64,000 nt of DNA from Candidatus Poribacteria bacterium (lineage in GTDB: Bacteria > Poribacteria > WGA-4E > PCPOR2b): contig OY762266.1 of NCBI GenBank assembly GCA_963665285.1, forward strand, positions 685,758-749,757. Reading direction: 5' to 3'. Positions within the stretch are counted from its first letter, which is position 1. Each line of letters starts with the position of its first letter. Below, piece by piece: positions 18,764 through 28,526 of the stretch. Below the pieces are notes generated by a model, which saw nothing but the letters and a program-made list of their open reading frames with translations, did not search any database and was not told where the DNA came from. Position numbers and translations under genes: made by a program.

Positions 18764-20049
18764 CCGATATATTTTTGATAAACTGCCAGAGTTGTCTCTG
18801 CCATCATATCATCGCCAAAATCGCTATGGACTGCGTCTTTGCCCTGCTGTCCCAGTTGCTCTCGGTAGTCTCGATCGTTCATGAGTTGAGATATACCTTC
18901 TACGATAGCGTCAGGCGATTCCGGATCCACCAATATGCCCCCGCCCGTTGCTGCTATCAATTCGGGGAAAGTGCCGTGTCTGGGTTGAACAACGGGAACA
19001 CCATTGGCAAGTGCTTCTAAAATGAATAGCCCCTTGGATTCTTTGTAAGTCGTCGGTACGGATAAGATATGGAGACTGTTGAGGAAATCAATTTTCTGAT
19101 GCCGATCAACTTCGCCCCAATAGTCAAAGGCTTCTGACAAGCCCCACGCCTCGATCTGTTTGATCAGTTTCTCAAGATACGGCTCATCTTTTTTGCCGAG
19201 GTAACCGGCGACCTTGAGCTGAATTTTGTCCGATCCGACCTGATTTGTCAAGCGGTAGAACGCATCAACCAACAGATGAAGTCCTTTCTCAGGGCAGATG
19301 CGTGCCAAGTATCCGATGACAAAGGGGGATTCGGCAAGGTCCTTTTGACGCACGCCGTGCTCGCTCAAATTCAGACCGAGAGGCACGACATCAATTTTTC
19401 TCGCTGGAATATCCAAATACTCAGCCATAAAATCAGCGTAGTATTGGCAGGGGGCGATGTATCCATCCACCTCCAAAGCCCGTGCTTGTAGTAGTTTCAG
19501 GGCTCGTGATTTGTACGGCTCGATGAGATCATCGAGGAAAATGTCCTCCCCTTGGAGGGCACAGAGGATTGGAACGCCTAACGCTTTCTTCATTTCTCTT
19601 GCGAATCCTACGAACATGGAATTGGTGAGTTGAACCAGATCGGGTTGGTAGGAATCTCTCAGCCATTTGATCAACTTCGCCAGTTCCTTTTTCTGCTGCC
19701 CTTCCTCTCCCTGAAGCACCGAGACGGTAAGCGAACCGAGATCTTGCGCGCTAGTGGACGCACTGAAACGGGATAGTCCATTCAACAGCGAAGGGCGATC
19801 GAATAACCGATCAAGCATCCAAGGGGTATGGCGGAATAGTGCGGATTTCTGCTGCAGATACACATTAATGCCGCCGTAAAAGACGCGATCGATGCTAACA
19901 TCGGTTTCATCGGTGCGGATGGGCGTGTAGGTTGGAATCAGGGCGACATCGTGCCCTTTCCTCTGCAGAGCCGCAGCAAGCGTATTATCATGGATACAGG
20001 TCCCGCAGTACATCCCTGCAGCACCTGCGGCGATATAGGCGATTTTCAT
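18760..20049 (-). CDS. Glycosyltransferase family 4 (GT-B)
   Basis: YLARICPEKG, ESKGLFILEALANGVPVV (E-x7-E). Confidence 0.88.
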   Translation of the reverse strand: MKIAYIAAGAAGMYCGTCIHDNTLAAALQRKGHDVALIPTYTPIRTDETDVSIDRVFYGGINVYLQQKSALFRHTPWMLDRLFDRPSLLNGLSRFSASTSAQDLGSLTVSVLQGEEGQQKKELAKLIKWLRDSYQPDLVQLTNSMFVGFAREMKKALGVPILCALQGEDIFLDDLIEPYKSRALKLLQARALEVDGYIAPCQYYADFMAEYLDIPARKIDVVPLGLNLSEHGVRQKDLAESPFVIGYLARICPEKGLHLLVDAFYRLTNQVGSDKIQLKVAGYLGKKDEPYLEKLIKQIEAWGLSEAFDYWGEVDRHQKIDFLNSLHILSVPTTYKESKGLFILEALANGVPVVQPRHGTFPELIAATGGGILVDPESPDAIVEGISQLMNDRDYREQLGQQGKDAVHSDFGDDMMAETTLAVYQKYIG

Positions 20050-20074
20050 GATGGGTTATATGTGAAACGTGTAA

Positions 20075-20220
20075 CGTGAAACGTAAATGCACTCTTGACA
20101 TACTCCCAAACCTAAAGGATTGGGATTCTCACCCGTTCCTTTAAGGATTAGAATTGCGCTATCAACAAGGACAGCCCGACGAATCGGGTCTTACGTCCTC
20201 TCCTTCGAGGGTGGATGCCC
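20075..20220 (-). ncRNA. Predicted omegaRNA (reRNA) scaffold plus guide; boundaries approximate
   Basis: Inferred from TnpB biology: overlaps the tnpB 3' end and right end; guide would be GAGTGCATTTACGTTTCACG beyond TCAA. Confidence 0.55.
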
Positions 20221-21489
20221 CAACCCTATAGATGTTAATTGCAGCATTTCTATCACGGTCATGGATAGCACCGCAACTGTTACACTGCCATGTTCTATCA
20301 CGCAAGTTCAACGCTTCATTGACAGCACTGCAAACTGAGCAGGTTTTACTGGAAGGATACCACTTATCAATGAACCTTACGGTTACACCTTTTTTGCCAG
20401 CGATATACACCAGCGTCTTAATGAAATCGGCAAAGCCTAAATCGCTAATCTTGCGTCCCCATAGAGACTTCATGCCTTGTAGGTTTAAGTCCTCCAGTCG
20501 TATTTCATCGTATTCGTCAGTCAGTTGGTGTGCGAGTTTCCAGTGGAAATCCTCTCGTTGCCGCTCAATCTTACGGTGCTTGCGCACCAAGTCAAGCCGT
20601 GCACGTTCACGATTGTTAGATTTTTTCTTGGTTCGTGAATGGACTCGGTTAGCACGTTTAATGGCATTGAGACTGCGTTTGAAAAACAGTGGCGATTCTA
20701 TATCGTGTCCGTTATGACCGGTGAGATACCGTTTGAGACCGAAATCAAAGCCTGCGATTTTACCCGTCATGGCTCGATTGTGGTCTGGATTTTCATGGTC
20801 AGTTGTGACACAGATATAGACATCACCAACGGAATCCCGTTTGATAGTGCAACGTTTCGGACTGCCGAACACATCACGGGACTTGAAGTATTGGTAGATA
20901 CACTTTCCAATACGAATCTTGTTACCGCCAAGCAATTTCCATCCTGCTTGAAGTAGCGTGAATGATTTGTACTTGCGACGTGCCTTGAAGCGAGGACGAC
21001 CCCATTTCTTACCTGATGCACGGGCTTCAAACATTGCCTTGTAGCCTTTGTCTATTCGGGACGCTACGTCCTGTATCGATTGGCTTGGTAGTTGATTCCA
21101 GTGGGCGAACTTAGGCAACCGTTTCAGCTTAGAGATGTGATTGATTAGTCTAAACTTGCTGATATACTTGCCGTAAATCGTATAGTAACGACGCTGAAGC
21201 GCGACGCAATGATTCCACACTTCGGCGTGTCCGTCTATCGTCTTGTGCAACTCACGATTGCCGTGATTACTATACAACTTGAACTTGTAGGTTTTCATTA
21301 GGATTAGCTTTCTGGCTCTCATGTCCATACGCTTGGATGTGAGAGGCTCCACCGTGCGGTGGAGGCGTATCCTCTCACGAAAGCCAACACAAGTGTATCA
21401 TATTTCACCTGCAATTCCAAGATTAAGCTGCTAAAGCAATCTGTATCCCAAGCATGAATGCTTGGGTTTTAGACCTAAAGGTTTTTTTG
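20095..21489 (-). mobile_element. IS200/IS605-family TnpB-only (IS1341-type) element
   Basis: Minus strand: TTTAT|CAAAAAAACC left end with CCCAAGCAT/ATGCTTGGG hairpin; right end GAATCCCAATCCTTTAGGTTTGGGAGTATGTCAA. No tnpA. Confidence 0.85.
20162..21298 (-). CDS. tnpB: RNA-guided endonuclease TnpB
   Basis: MKTYKFKLY start; RuvC GFDFG, LEDL, DRDRNAA; zinc finger CSVC/CNSC. Confidence 0.92.
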   Translation of the reverse strand: MKTYKFKLYSNHGNRELHKTIDGHAEVWNHCVALQRRYYTIYGKYISKFRLINHISKLKRLPKFAHWNQLPSQSIQDVASRIDKGYKAMFEARASGKKWGRPRFKARRKYKSFTLLQAGWKLLGGNKIRIGKCIYQYFKSRDVFGSPKRCTIKRDSVGDVYICVTTDHENPDHNRAMTGKIAGFDFGLKRYLTGHNGHDIESPLFFKRSLNAIKRANRVHSRTKKKSNNRERARLDLVRKHRKIERQREDFHWKLAHQLTDEYDEIRLEDLNLQGMKSLWGRKISDLGFADFIKTLVYIAGKKGVTVRFIDKWYPSSKTCSVCSAVNEALNLRDRTWQCNSCGAIHDRDRNAAINIYRVGASTLEGEDVRPDSSGCPC

Positions 21490-21522
21490 ATAAATCTATA
21501 CCATTTCTGAAGATTCAAGGGG

Positions 21523-22371
21523 TTATTGAGCCTTCACACAACGAAATCCTATGACCTCAGCCACGTTTGTCGGTGGATCGCCGCTGCGAAAGGAGACACG
21601 CAGTGCTGCTGGATAAGAGCTCCACGAAGCACCACGTAAACTGCGATGGGTTTTAATGTTTGTAAAATTATCTATAACCCGGTCAACGGTAATGGCACCA
21701 GAGAGCGGATTCTCACAGGGAGAACAAACATAGAAATCGTCATGATACTCATCAAGACACCACTCCCACACATTGCCCACCATGTCGTATAAGCCGTAAC
21801 CGTTGGGGGGATACGTACCCACAGGTGTGATATTACTATCATTAGAGTTGTAGTAGTTCGCCTTGCTTCTATCTAATTCATTGCCCCATGGATACTTTTT
21901 CCCTGGCAAGCCGCCCCGCGCTGCGTACTCCCATTCTGCTTCTGTTGGTAGCCGCTTTCCTGCCCATTCAGCGTAAGCCATCGCCGCATACCAACTCACA
22001 TATACGACCGGGTGGTTCGCCTTCCCGCTAGGGTATTCGTTCCCATTCCAAAGTGCCAAGTACCACCCCTTGTGGAATGCCTTATCAATGCGGTCCTTTT
22101 GCCACTGTGGGTTGGCATCGACGAACTGCTTATATTGGACGTTGGTGACCTCATATTTGTCTATGTAGAACGCGTCAATGGAGACGGTATGGACAGGCTG
22201 TTCATTGGGAGACTCCTCTGAGGCAACGCTCCCCATCTGAAACTCGCCTGCGGGAATCAGCACCATGCCCTCCGGCGCAACAGGGACTGGGTGGAGCACC
22301 TTAACGCCACAACCTCCAATGAAAAAACAGGTAGTGATTAGTACAAAACAACTCAATCTGTTGAAAATCAT
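21523..22371 (-). CDS. Formylglycine-generating enzyme (FGE-sulfatase/SUMF1) family lipoprotein
   Basis: IPAGEFQMGS, YEVTN.QY, RLPTEAEWEYAARGG, NGYGLYDMVGNVWEW, GFRCV; lipobox IGGC. Confidence 0.9.
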   Translation of the reverse strand: MIFNRLSCFVLITTCFFIGGCGVKVLHPVPVAPEGMVLIPAGEFQMGSVASEESPNEQPVHTVSIDAFYIDKYEVTNVQYKQFVDANPQWQKDRIDKAFHKGWYLALWNGNEYPSGKANHPVVYVSWYAAMAYAEWAGKRLPTEAEWEYAARGGLPGKKYPWGNELDRSKANYYNSNDSNITPVGTYPPNGYGLYDMVGNVWEWCLDEYHDDFYVCSPCENPLSGAITVDRVIDNFTNIKTHRSLRGASWSSYPAALRVSFRSGDPPTNVAEVIGFRCVKAQ

Positions 22372-22560
22372 ATCTGGTAGATTTTATAATTGAATTCTCC
22401 TTTAGTATAGATGACACCAGCCCGTCCCAACAATCTTCCTTGACGATTACCAATCGTCTTGTGATGGTCTTATTACAGATCTCGCTGGCTCTAGATTATC
22501 GTATATAGAGGAATCTGTAGATCTGCTAATTTGACGGGAGCGTAGGAGATTTTCAATCGC

Positions 22561-24051
22561 TTATGAATCCGCTGTCTTCACTTCCGATGGGAAGAATTTC
22601 TGGATTACCGTTGGATCTGGCGGTTTACTTATCAGGGAACCGATAATCATTACCACAGCGGAGACACCGAGAATAATTGCGACAGGCATGATGCCGGTGC
22701 CACCTACCGTGTAACCGGGTGCCTGCCATCCTTGAATAAAGAAATATATCCATAACACAACAACGCTGATCACAGAGGCGAAAGCACCGTATTTGGTGCT
22801 GCGCTTCCAGAAAAGTGCAGCGAGGACGATTGGGAAAAGCGATGCGAATCCTGTGAAAGACCAGACAGCAAGTTTGAAGATACTCCGGTTGAGAACAAGG
22901 GAAAGCAGGTAGGTCAGGCAAAGTATCCCAAAGACAAAAAGCCGTCCAACCAAGACTTGCCCCTTTTCGCTCATTTCGGTCTTCGTGGATTCCGGTCGGA
23001 ACCTGTAATAACGGACAATATCGTGCGTAAACATACTTCCGATGGAAAGCGATTGGGAATCGAGAGAAGACATAATCGCTGCAAAGACACCCGCACCGAG
23101 AAGTCCCGCGAGCGCGCCGGGCGCATGACGTTGAATCATCTGAACCAAAACTGAATTGGCTTCAGGTCCCTTGAGTCCCGGCACATCTACGCTTCCCAAA
23201 ATTCCGAGTAGCACGCTCGGAATCCATACGATTGCAACACAGATTGGATACAGCATCACGGGATAACGAAACGTCCCCGCACTTTTTGCTGTGAGCCAGT
23301 GCATGAATATGTGAGGAAACATCCCCACCGACAGTGGAATGCAGGTATAGGTTAGCAGTTCCAGCGGCTTGATGTGAACCTTTTGAATCAATAGATCTGG
23401 TGCCGCCTTTGCCAAGCTAGCTGAAAGTCCCCCCATTTTATGCACGATGATAAAAAACGTTGCTCCACCGAGCGTCATGAAAACAAGTGTTTGAAAGGTG
23501 TTTGCCCAAGCGGTCCCGCGTACTCCACCGTAGCAGACGTAGATGAAAACCACAGCACAAACTAGCAATCCACCGAGCCACTGTGGGATCTGTCCTTTCG
23601 TAATTTGATGCAAGGTGATGCCACCGCCCATCACGCCGATCAACAGGTACGGAACGATAAGCGCGACAATGACGACAAATAGCAGCAGTCCTAACCCATT
23701 GCTGTCCCACCGCTCTCTGAAGTATTGCACCTGCGTAAAATAGCCGTGCCGCTTCCCAATCGCCCATAATCGGGTGCCAACAAAAAAGAAGACGCACGGA
23801 GCAATCAAGGCGGTAGAGGAAGCCATTAGGGCGAAAACACCGATTCCTCGATGGTAGGCTTCACCCGAAGCACCGAGGATAGAGAAGGCGGTCATGTTCG
23901 TGCCAAACAGGGACATCAATAGCACAAATGGTCCGATGGTTCGACTAGCAACGAAGTAATCTTCGCCGGTGCCGCGAAAGAATTTATGGCTCACTGTGCC
24001 AACAATCAGCACAAGTCCCAAATATGCAAAGATAACAGTGATAACTATCAT
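22561..24051 (-). CDS. Sodium:solute symporter family protein
   Basis: EDYFVASR, GGVRGTAWANTFQ, AAIMSSLDSQ, LFWKRSTKYGA. Confidence 0.9.
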   Translation of the reverse strand: MIVITVIFAYLGLVLIVGTVSHKFFRGTGEDYFVASRTIGPFVLLMSLFGTNMTAFSILGASGEAYHRGIGVFALMASSTALIAPCVFFFVGTRLWAIGKRHGYFTQVQYFRERWDSNGLGLLLFVVIVALIVPYLLIGVMGGGITLHQITKGQIPQWLGGLLVCAVVFIYVCYGGVRGTAWANTFQTLVFMTLGGATFFIIVHKMGGLSASLAKAAPDLLIQKVHIKPLELLTYTCIPLSVGMFPHIFMHWLTAKSAGTFRYPVMLYPICVAIVWIPSVLLGILGSVDVPGLKGPEANSVLVQMIQRHAPGALAGLLGAGVFAAIMSSLDSQSLSIGSMFTHDIVRYYRFRPESTKTEMSEKGQVLVGRLFVFGILCLTYLLSLVLNRSIFKLAVWSFTGFASLFPIVLAALFWKRSTKYGAFASVISVVVLWIYFFIQGWQAPGYTVGGTGIMPVAIILGVSAVVMIIGSLISKPPDPTVIQKFFPSEVKTADS

Positions 24052-24060
24052 TGTAGGTCT

Positions 24061-24294
24061 CTACTCGTCTGTATCTTCGTCTTGAAGATGACTAGGCCAA
24101 GCATGGTTAATTGTCAGTGCCATCAATACAGCTGCTGCGACACAGTATCCGATGTGATAGAGCAATCCAATAGGCAATCGGAGCACCATTCTTGGGCTAT
24201 CCCAGAACCAGAAATCGTTGTGAAACAGAAATAATACAACGAGTGCAATATAAAGAATCCACCGGGAAGAAGTCTTTCTCATTTGGTCCCCCAA
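24061..24294 (-). CDS. Small SSS-associated membrane protein (DUF3311-like); start may be ATG 24282
   Basis: Two TM segments, HNDFWFWD..LPIGL, directly upstream of the symporter. Confidence 0.7.
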   Translation of the reverse strand: MGDQMRKTSSRWILYIALVVLFLFHNDFWFWDSPRMVLRLPIGLLYHIGYCVAAAVLMALTINHAWPSHLQDEDTDE

Positions 24295-24297
24295 GCT

Positions 24298-25110
24298 TCA
24301 TGAGAATGAGGCTGTGATAATCTGCAAGAGCGCGGTTTTCTCATCATCATCAATTCCTTCAGATAGTCGCGCGGCAGCAACGCAGGGTTCCCAACGCGCA
24401 ATCGTTCTGTGTGAAACTGTGCACATCTGGGTGTAATGTTCCAGATAAGCCTCGTAAAACAGATAACGCAGCTCGGTAATTTTTTGGCGGCGTAGCTCAT
24501 CCGTGGCAGGCAGTAATCCGCCGGCACGAAGGAGTAGGGTTGTGCGAGCAACATCCGCCAACGGGTTTCCTTGCGTAGCATCTATCCAATCAATGATAAC
24601 AGGTTGTTTAGCCGTTATCAAGATATTATCTGGATGAAAGTCACCATGGCAGAAGACACTATCCTCCGGATGTTGATTGAGATCGGTCAAGATGGCTTCT
24701 TTTATCTCTAGGGTTAATCCGGGTGCACTTTGAATTTTACGCTGTAACTGGCGACGTTGCGAAGGCAGTTCGGAGGCAGTGTGTGCATGCATATCAACTT
24801 GTAACTCGGCTAGGAGACGTGCGTATGGAACAAGCTTTTGAGGATCAGCAAGTATCGCTTCCACCATGGTTACACCGTGCACTCTTTCAAAAATGATACC
24901 TTGGCGGTTTTCAACAGTGATCGTGTCAATGACCGCGGGTGTGTTCAGACCTGCGTCATGCGCGATAGAAGCGTAGACAGCTTCTTGTTCAGCTAACCCC
25001 GGTGAGGCATCTTCATGGTACAGTTTGAGAATTTTATTATCATCCCATTCGAAAATTTCGCCCGTTGCTCCTTCGGCAATGCGTGGGTACTTGATCATAG
25101 ATAAGACCAT
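24298..25110 (-). CDS. Aminoglycoside phosphotransferase/choline kinase family protein
   Basis: HGDFHPDNIL, IIDW, GNPLADVAR. Confidence 0.85.
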   Translation of the reverse strand: MVLSMIKYPRIAEGATGEIFEWDDNKILKLYHEDASPGLAEQEAVYASIAHDAGLNTPAVIDTITVENRQGIIFERVHGVTMVEAILADPQKLVPYARLLAELQVDMHAHTASELPSQRRQLQRKIQSAPGLTLEIKEAILTDLNQHPEDSVFCHGDFHPDNILITAKQPVIIDWIDATQGNPLADVARTTLLLRAGGLLPATDELRRQKITELRYLFYEAYLEHYTQMCTVSHRTIARWEPCVAAARLSEGIDDDEKTALLQIITASFS

Positions 25111-25249
25111 CTCTTTGTCGTAATCTATATAATGATTTCCAGATAGAGGATAGGGCTATTCAGTTTTCGGCTTTTTAACCATTTTGCTTGAAAAGTTGCA
25201 AATGGGAGATTGCGCTATCGGGATTTGGACATCCTTCCTACAGTAAAAC

Positions 25250-25415
25250 TGTGGTAAATTTTAGAATTACTTATACACTGCCAATGCCGATGTACAGATT
25301 AGGCAATCTGTACCCACAAACAACCCCCTAAATCCCCCTTATCAGGGGGACTTTTGATGCTTCACCAAGGTTGGAGTTATTGGTAAATGTCCACTTATTT
25401 CTCTAATTCACCATA
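25250..25415. repeat. MITE-like family A copy
   Basis: TGGTAAATTTTAGAATTACTT...CCCCCTAAATCCCCCTTATCAGGGGGACTT...CTAATTCACCATA; other copies at 41101, 44283, 44447, 57431, 57719. Confidence 0.8.
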
Positions 25416-25434
25416 AATGAGCCTAGATAGAGTA

Positions 25435-27453
25435 CTACTGGTATTCCAATAAAGAGTTTCTTGAACGCCAGTTGAGAAAACCGATAATTGCGACGGCAGT
25501 AAAGGCGACTAGCTGTACCCAACCGGAATGGGTGAGGAAGAGTACCATAGCGGCGGCGAGCAACCCTGCCCGTGTCCAGAGATTAAGTGGTGCGAAGCAG
25601 TAACCGGTGACGCTCGCAGCAAGTGCAACAATTCCGATGATAGCGGTCAAAATGCTTCCCGCAACAATCAAGAAACCCGCGCTTCCTCCATCCGGAGATA
25701 AAAGTAATAGCTCCGGCTTCAGTACAAACGCGTAGGGCAGTGCAAATCCCACCAACGCAAAGCGAAATGCAGCGACCCCCGTCTGCATGATACCGGTGCC
25801 AGCGATGGCTGCGGCTGTATACGCTGCCAATGCAACCGGTGGGGTTACCATCGCCATCATGCCAAAATAGAAGATAAAGAGATGGGCGGCAAGGGGCACG
25901 AATCCCAATTCGCTCAATACCGGCCCGACCAATGTCGCCATGAGCAGGTAACATACGGATGACGGTAACCCCATCCCAAGGATAATTGTCGAAACCATCA
26001 GGAGAGCGAGTGCTAAAATGCGGCTGTTTTCTGCAAGCGGTAAAAGGGTTCCCGGTAATTTTGCACCAATCCCCGTCAAAGTGACCACACCGAGAATGAG
26101 TCCCACGCAGGACGCTGCTGCAATCAGCGAAACGCCACCGTCGGCTGCTTTTTCCGTTGATTCCAACGTTCGACGAATCCCAATCCAGATTTGCCTAGTG
26201 AGAAGCAAAAATGTGTGTCTAATTAACGCTCCCATTGATGAAACATTGCTGTGTTTAACCTGTTTGATAATATTCCAGATTCCACGAATTCCTATCAGGA
26301 TCAGGATGAAAAGCAGACTGAGGCTGACTGCTCGAAACGGTGTATAGCCAAGCAACAGAAACAGAATCAGTGTAATAAACGCCACCAAAAAGACCAATCC
26401 CTCTATTCCAGCCTTCGGCTGCGGTGTTACGGTCGCACTGTCTAGAGGAACTTCGGATGATGCGCCTACGCGCTTGGCATAAAAGTGGACAATCAGAAGG
26501 AGGGCGGTATAGTAAAGAATTGCAGGAATTAAGGCAGCTTTGATGATTTCCAGATAGGTAACTGCTGGCTCGACAATTTCGAGCATCATGTAGGCACCCG
26601 CGCCCATAATCGGTGGGACCAGCGCGCCGCCTGAACTCGCTGCGGCTTCTATGCCTCCGGCAATCGTCGGTCTGAACCCGGAACTTCGCATCATTGGGAT
26701 GGTAAAGGTGCCGGTGGTGGCGGTATTGGCAACGGCACTGCCAGAGAGCGATCCCATCGCTCCGCTGCTGACGACGGCGACCTTGGCGGGTCCACCGACG
26801 CTTGAACGAAACAGACGCCTCGCAAGATTGATGATATAGCTGGTGGCTCCCGTTTTCTCCAGCAATGCTCCAAACAGAACAAAGAGGAACACGTAGGTGA
26901 ACATTACTTTCAAGGCGATGCCAAATACCCCTTGGCTATGTAGAAAGGTCTGACTGACAATCCGCTCCCAAGAATAACCTCTGTGTGGAAACAGCCAGTC
27001 GGGCATCGATTGACCGAAAGCGGCATACGCCAAGAAAGCGAGAGAGAGAATGCAAAGGGTCAAGCCGATAGCGCGGCGTGTTCCCTCCAAGACAAGGAGC
27101 AGCCCTAATAGCCCAATGACGTAGTCCACCGTAGTTCCCATTCCTGCCCGATCCCCAAGCTGCTGACCGTCAACCCAAAATCGTTTGAACAGGGGTTCCG
27201 TTTGAACTAGGATATAGCCAAAGCAGACGACCACGGCGAGCGCGAAAACAAAGTCAAGGGCTTGGAAAACAGTATGTTCTTCAAACCGACGATGGATAGG
27301 ATATTTGAGGAAAACGAGGACCAAACCCAACATGGCAAAAATCGCTAGTTGGGCTTGGGGCGAAAGTCGGGGATAGTTGACCTCTGCCAGAATGAATACG
27401 CTGAGAAGGGCGGCGCACGTCCGAAAAACGATCCGCCGGATAGATTGGAGCAT
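25435..27453 (-). CDS. TRAP transporter fused permease (4TM/12TM)
   Basis: GGPAKVAV, SGSAVANT, EAAASSGG..PPIMGAGA, LGMGLP, AAHLFIFYFG, TPPVALAA. Confidence 0.92.
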   Translation of the reverse strand: MLQSIRRIVFRTCAALLSVFILAEVNYPRLSPQAQLAIFAMLGLVLVFLKYPIHRRFEEHTVFQALDFVFALAVVVCFGYILVQTEPLFKRFWVDGQQLGDRAGMGTTVDYVIGLLGLLLVLEGTRRAIGLTLCILSLAFLAYAAFGQSMPDWLFPHRGYSWERIVSQTFLHSQGVFGIALKVMFTYVFLFVLFGALLEKTGATSYIINLARRLFRSSVGGPAKVAVVSSGAMGSLSGSAVANTATTGTFTIPMMRSSGFRPTIAGGIEAAASSGGALVPPIMGAGAYMMLEIVEPAVTYLEIIKAALIPAILYYTALLLIVHFYAKRVGASSEVPLDSATVTPQPKAGIEGLVFLVAFITLILFLLLGYTPFRAVSLSLLFILILIGIRGIWNIIKQVKHSNVSSMGALIRHTFLLLTRQIWIGIRRTLESTEKAADGGVSLIAAASCVGLILGVVTLTGIGAKLPGTLLPLAENSRILALALLMVSTIILGMGLPSSVCYLLMATLVGPVLSELGFVPLAAHLFIFYFGMMAMVTPPVALAAYTAAAIAGTGIMQTGVAAFRFALVGFALPYAFVLKPELLLLSPDGGSAGFLIVAGSILTAIIGIVALAASVTGYCFAPLNLWTRAGLLAAAMVLFLTHSGWVQLVAFTAVAIIGFLNWRSRNSLLEYQ

Positions 27454-27486
27454 AATGGTGGAAGTTGGAACGGGTGTTGTTGCCCA

Positions 27487-28224
27487 CTAGAGGGTACGAA
27501 TCCAAATGTTACGGTATCGGACAAGGTCGCCGTGGTCTTGCAGCATTATCGGTCCTTGAGCCGGATGCGGTTCGTCATAGGAGGGAGCCCGTCTGTGACC
27601 TGTTGGGCCCATAGCTGCTCGGTGGTTTTGCACCAATACGCCGTTGTGGACAACAGTGATATACGCTGGGCTGATTAGTTTCTGTCCCCCAAAACGCGGT
27701 GCGGTGAAGAAGATATCGTATGTCTGCCATTCGCCGGGCTTGCGGCAGGCGTTGACCAACGGTGGATACTGTCCATAGATTGCGGCGGTGATCCCGTCTG
27801 CGTAGGTCGGATTGTCGTAACCATCAAGCACTTGAATTTCGTAGTTGCCCATCAGAAATACGCCGCTGTTGCCCCGTCCCTGACTGTCCCCCTTTACCTC
27901 TGCCGGCGCAGCCCATTCGATGTGCAGCTGGCAGTCACCAAAGTGTTGTTTGGTCTCGATGTTGCCGGTGCGAGTGACCTCCATGTAACCGTTTTCGATC
28001 TTCCACTCGGCTGTCCCATCACGCCCTATCCACTTTGAGAGATCATTCCCATCAAAGAGGACAATTGCATCCGATGGGGGGCTGCCCGGCGAACTTTCGG
28101 CACTGGGGGTGACAATTTGTGGTTGAGGGCGCGTTCCATCGTGCACGCGCCACCTTGAACCCGGTATCATTGGTGTGTCGTCATACCCGATGGGAGCTTT
28201 GTTTGCTGGTGATTGCTGTGCCAT
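27487..28224 (-). CDS. DUF1080 (3-keto-disaccharide hydrolase-like) protein
   Basis: LFDG.DLS.W, GNSGVF, YEIQVLD, LQDHG..VRYRNIWIR. Confidence 0.88.
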   Translation of the reverse strand: MAQQSPANKAPIGYDDTPMIPGSRWRVHDGTRPQPQIVTPSAESSPGSPPSDAIVLFDGNDLSKWIGRDGTAEWKIENGYMEVTRTGNIETKQHFGDCQLHIEWAAPAEVKGDSQGRGNSGVFLMGNYEIQVLDGYDNPTYADGITAAIYGQYPPLVNACRKPGEWQTYDIFFTAPRFGGQKLISPAYITVVHNGVLVQNHRAAMGPTGHRRAPSYDEPHPAQGPIMLQDHGDLVRYRNIWIRTL

Positions 28225-28526
28225 AGTTGAATCTCCTCGTTATAGTATGTATAATGCAAGTTGCAATTTGGAAGGTACGCCTTCAGTTCAAGCTTTCATC
28301 TGGCATAGTACCCTGCTTTACATTTTTGGCGGAACAGATAATTCATTATATCTGAAATCGCTACATTTCGCAAGACTTCTGTCGCGTAAACAGAAATTTC
28401 CAACTGACAGGAATTTACTTGGAGAATCTGCGTTTTACCAACTTTTACCTTGTTATTACGGTTACCGTGTGATAAGATGGGAGAATTACACCTAGCAGAA
28501 AAATCCAGCCAATTGAGGAGTCGGTC

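Noticed and set aside
17252-18884. Alternative-frame and antisense ORFs over the membrane paralogs
   Set aside because: No recognisable motifs; they overlap better-supported genes, like most short ORFs in the track.
20061-20090. Short 7-mer iteration GTGAAAC/GTGTAAC
   Set aside because: Only 3-4 degenerate units; cannot distinguish an operator from chance or slippage.
21523-21660. FGE-sulfatase C-terminus as a diversity-generating retroelement target
   Set aside because: No reverse transcriptase or template repeat seen in the window; a remote DGR cannot be excluded.
25435-27453. TRAP permease lacking a neighbouring TAXI binding protein
   Set aside because: The partner may be encoded elsewhere; not distinctive without the whole genome.
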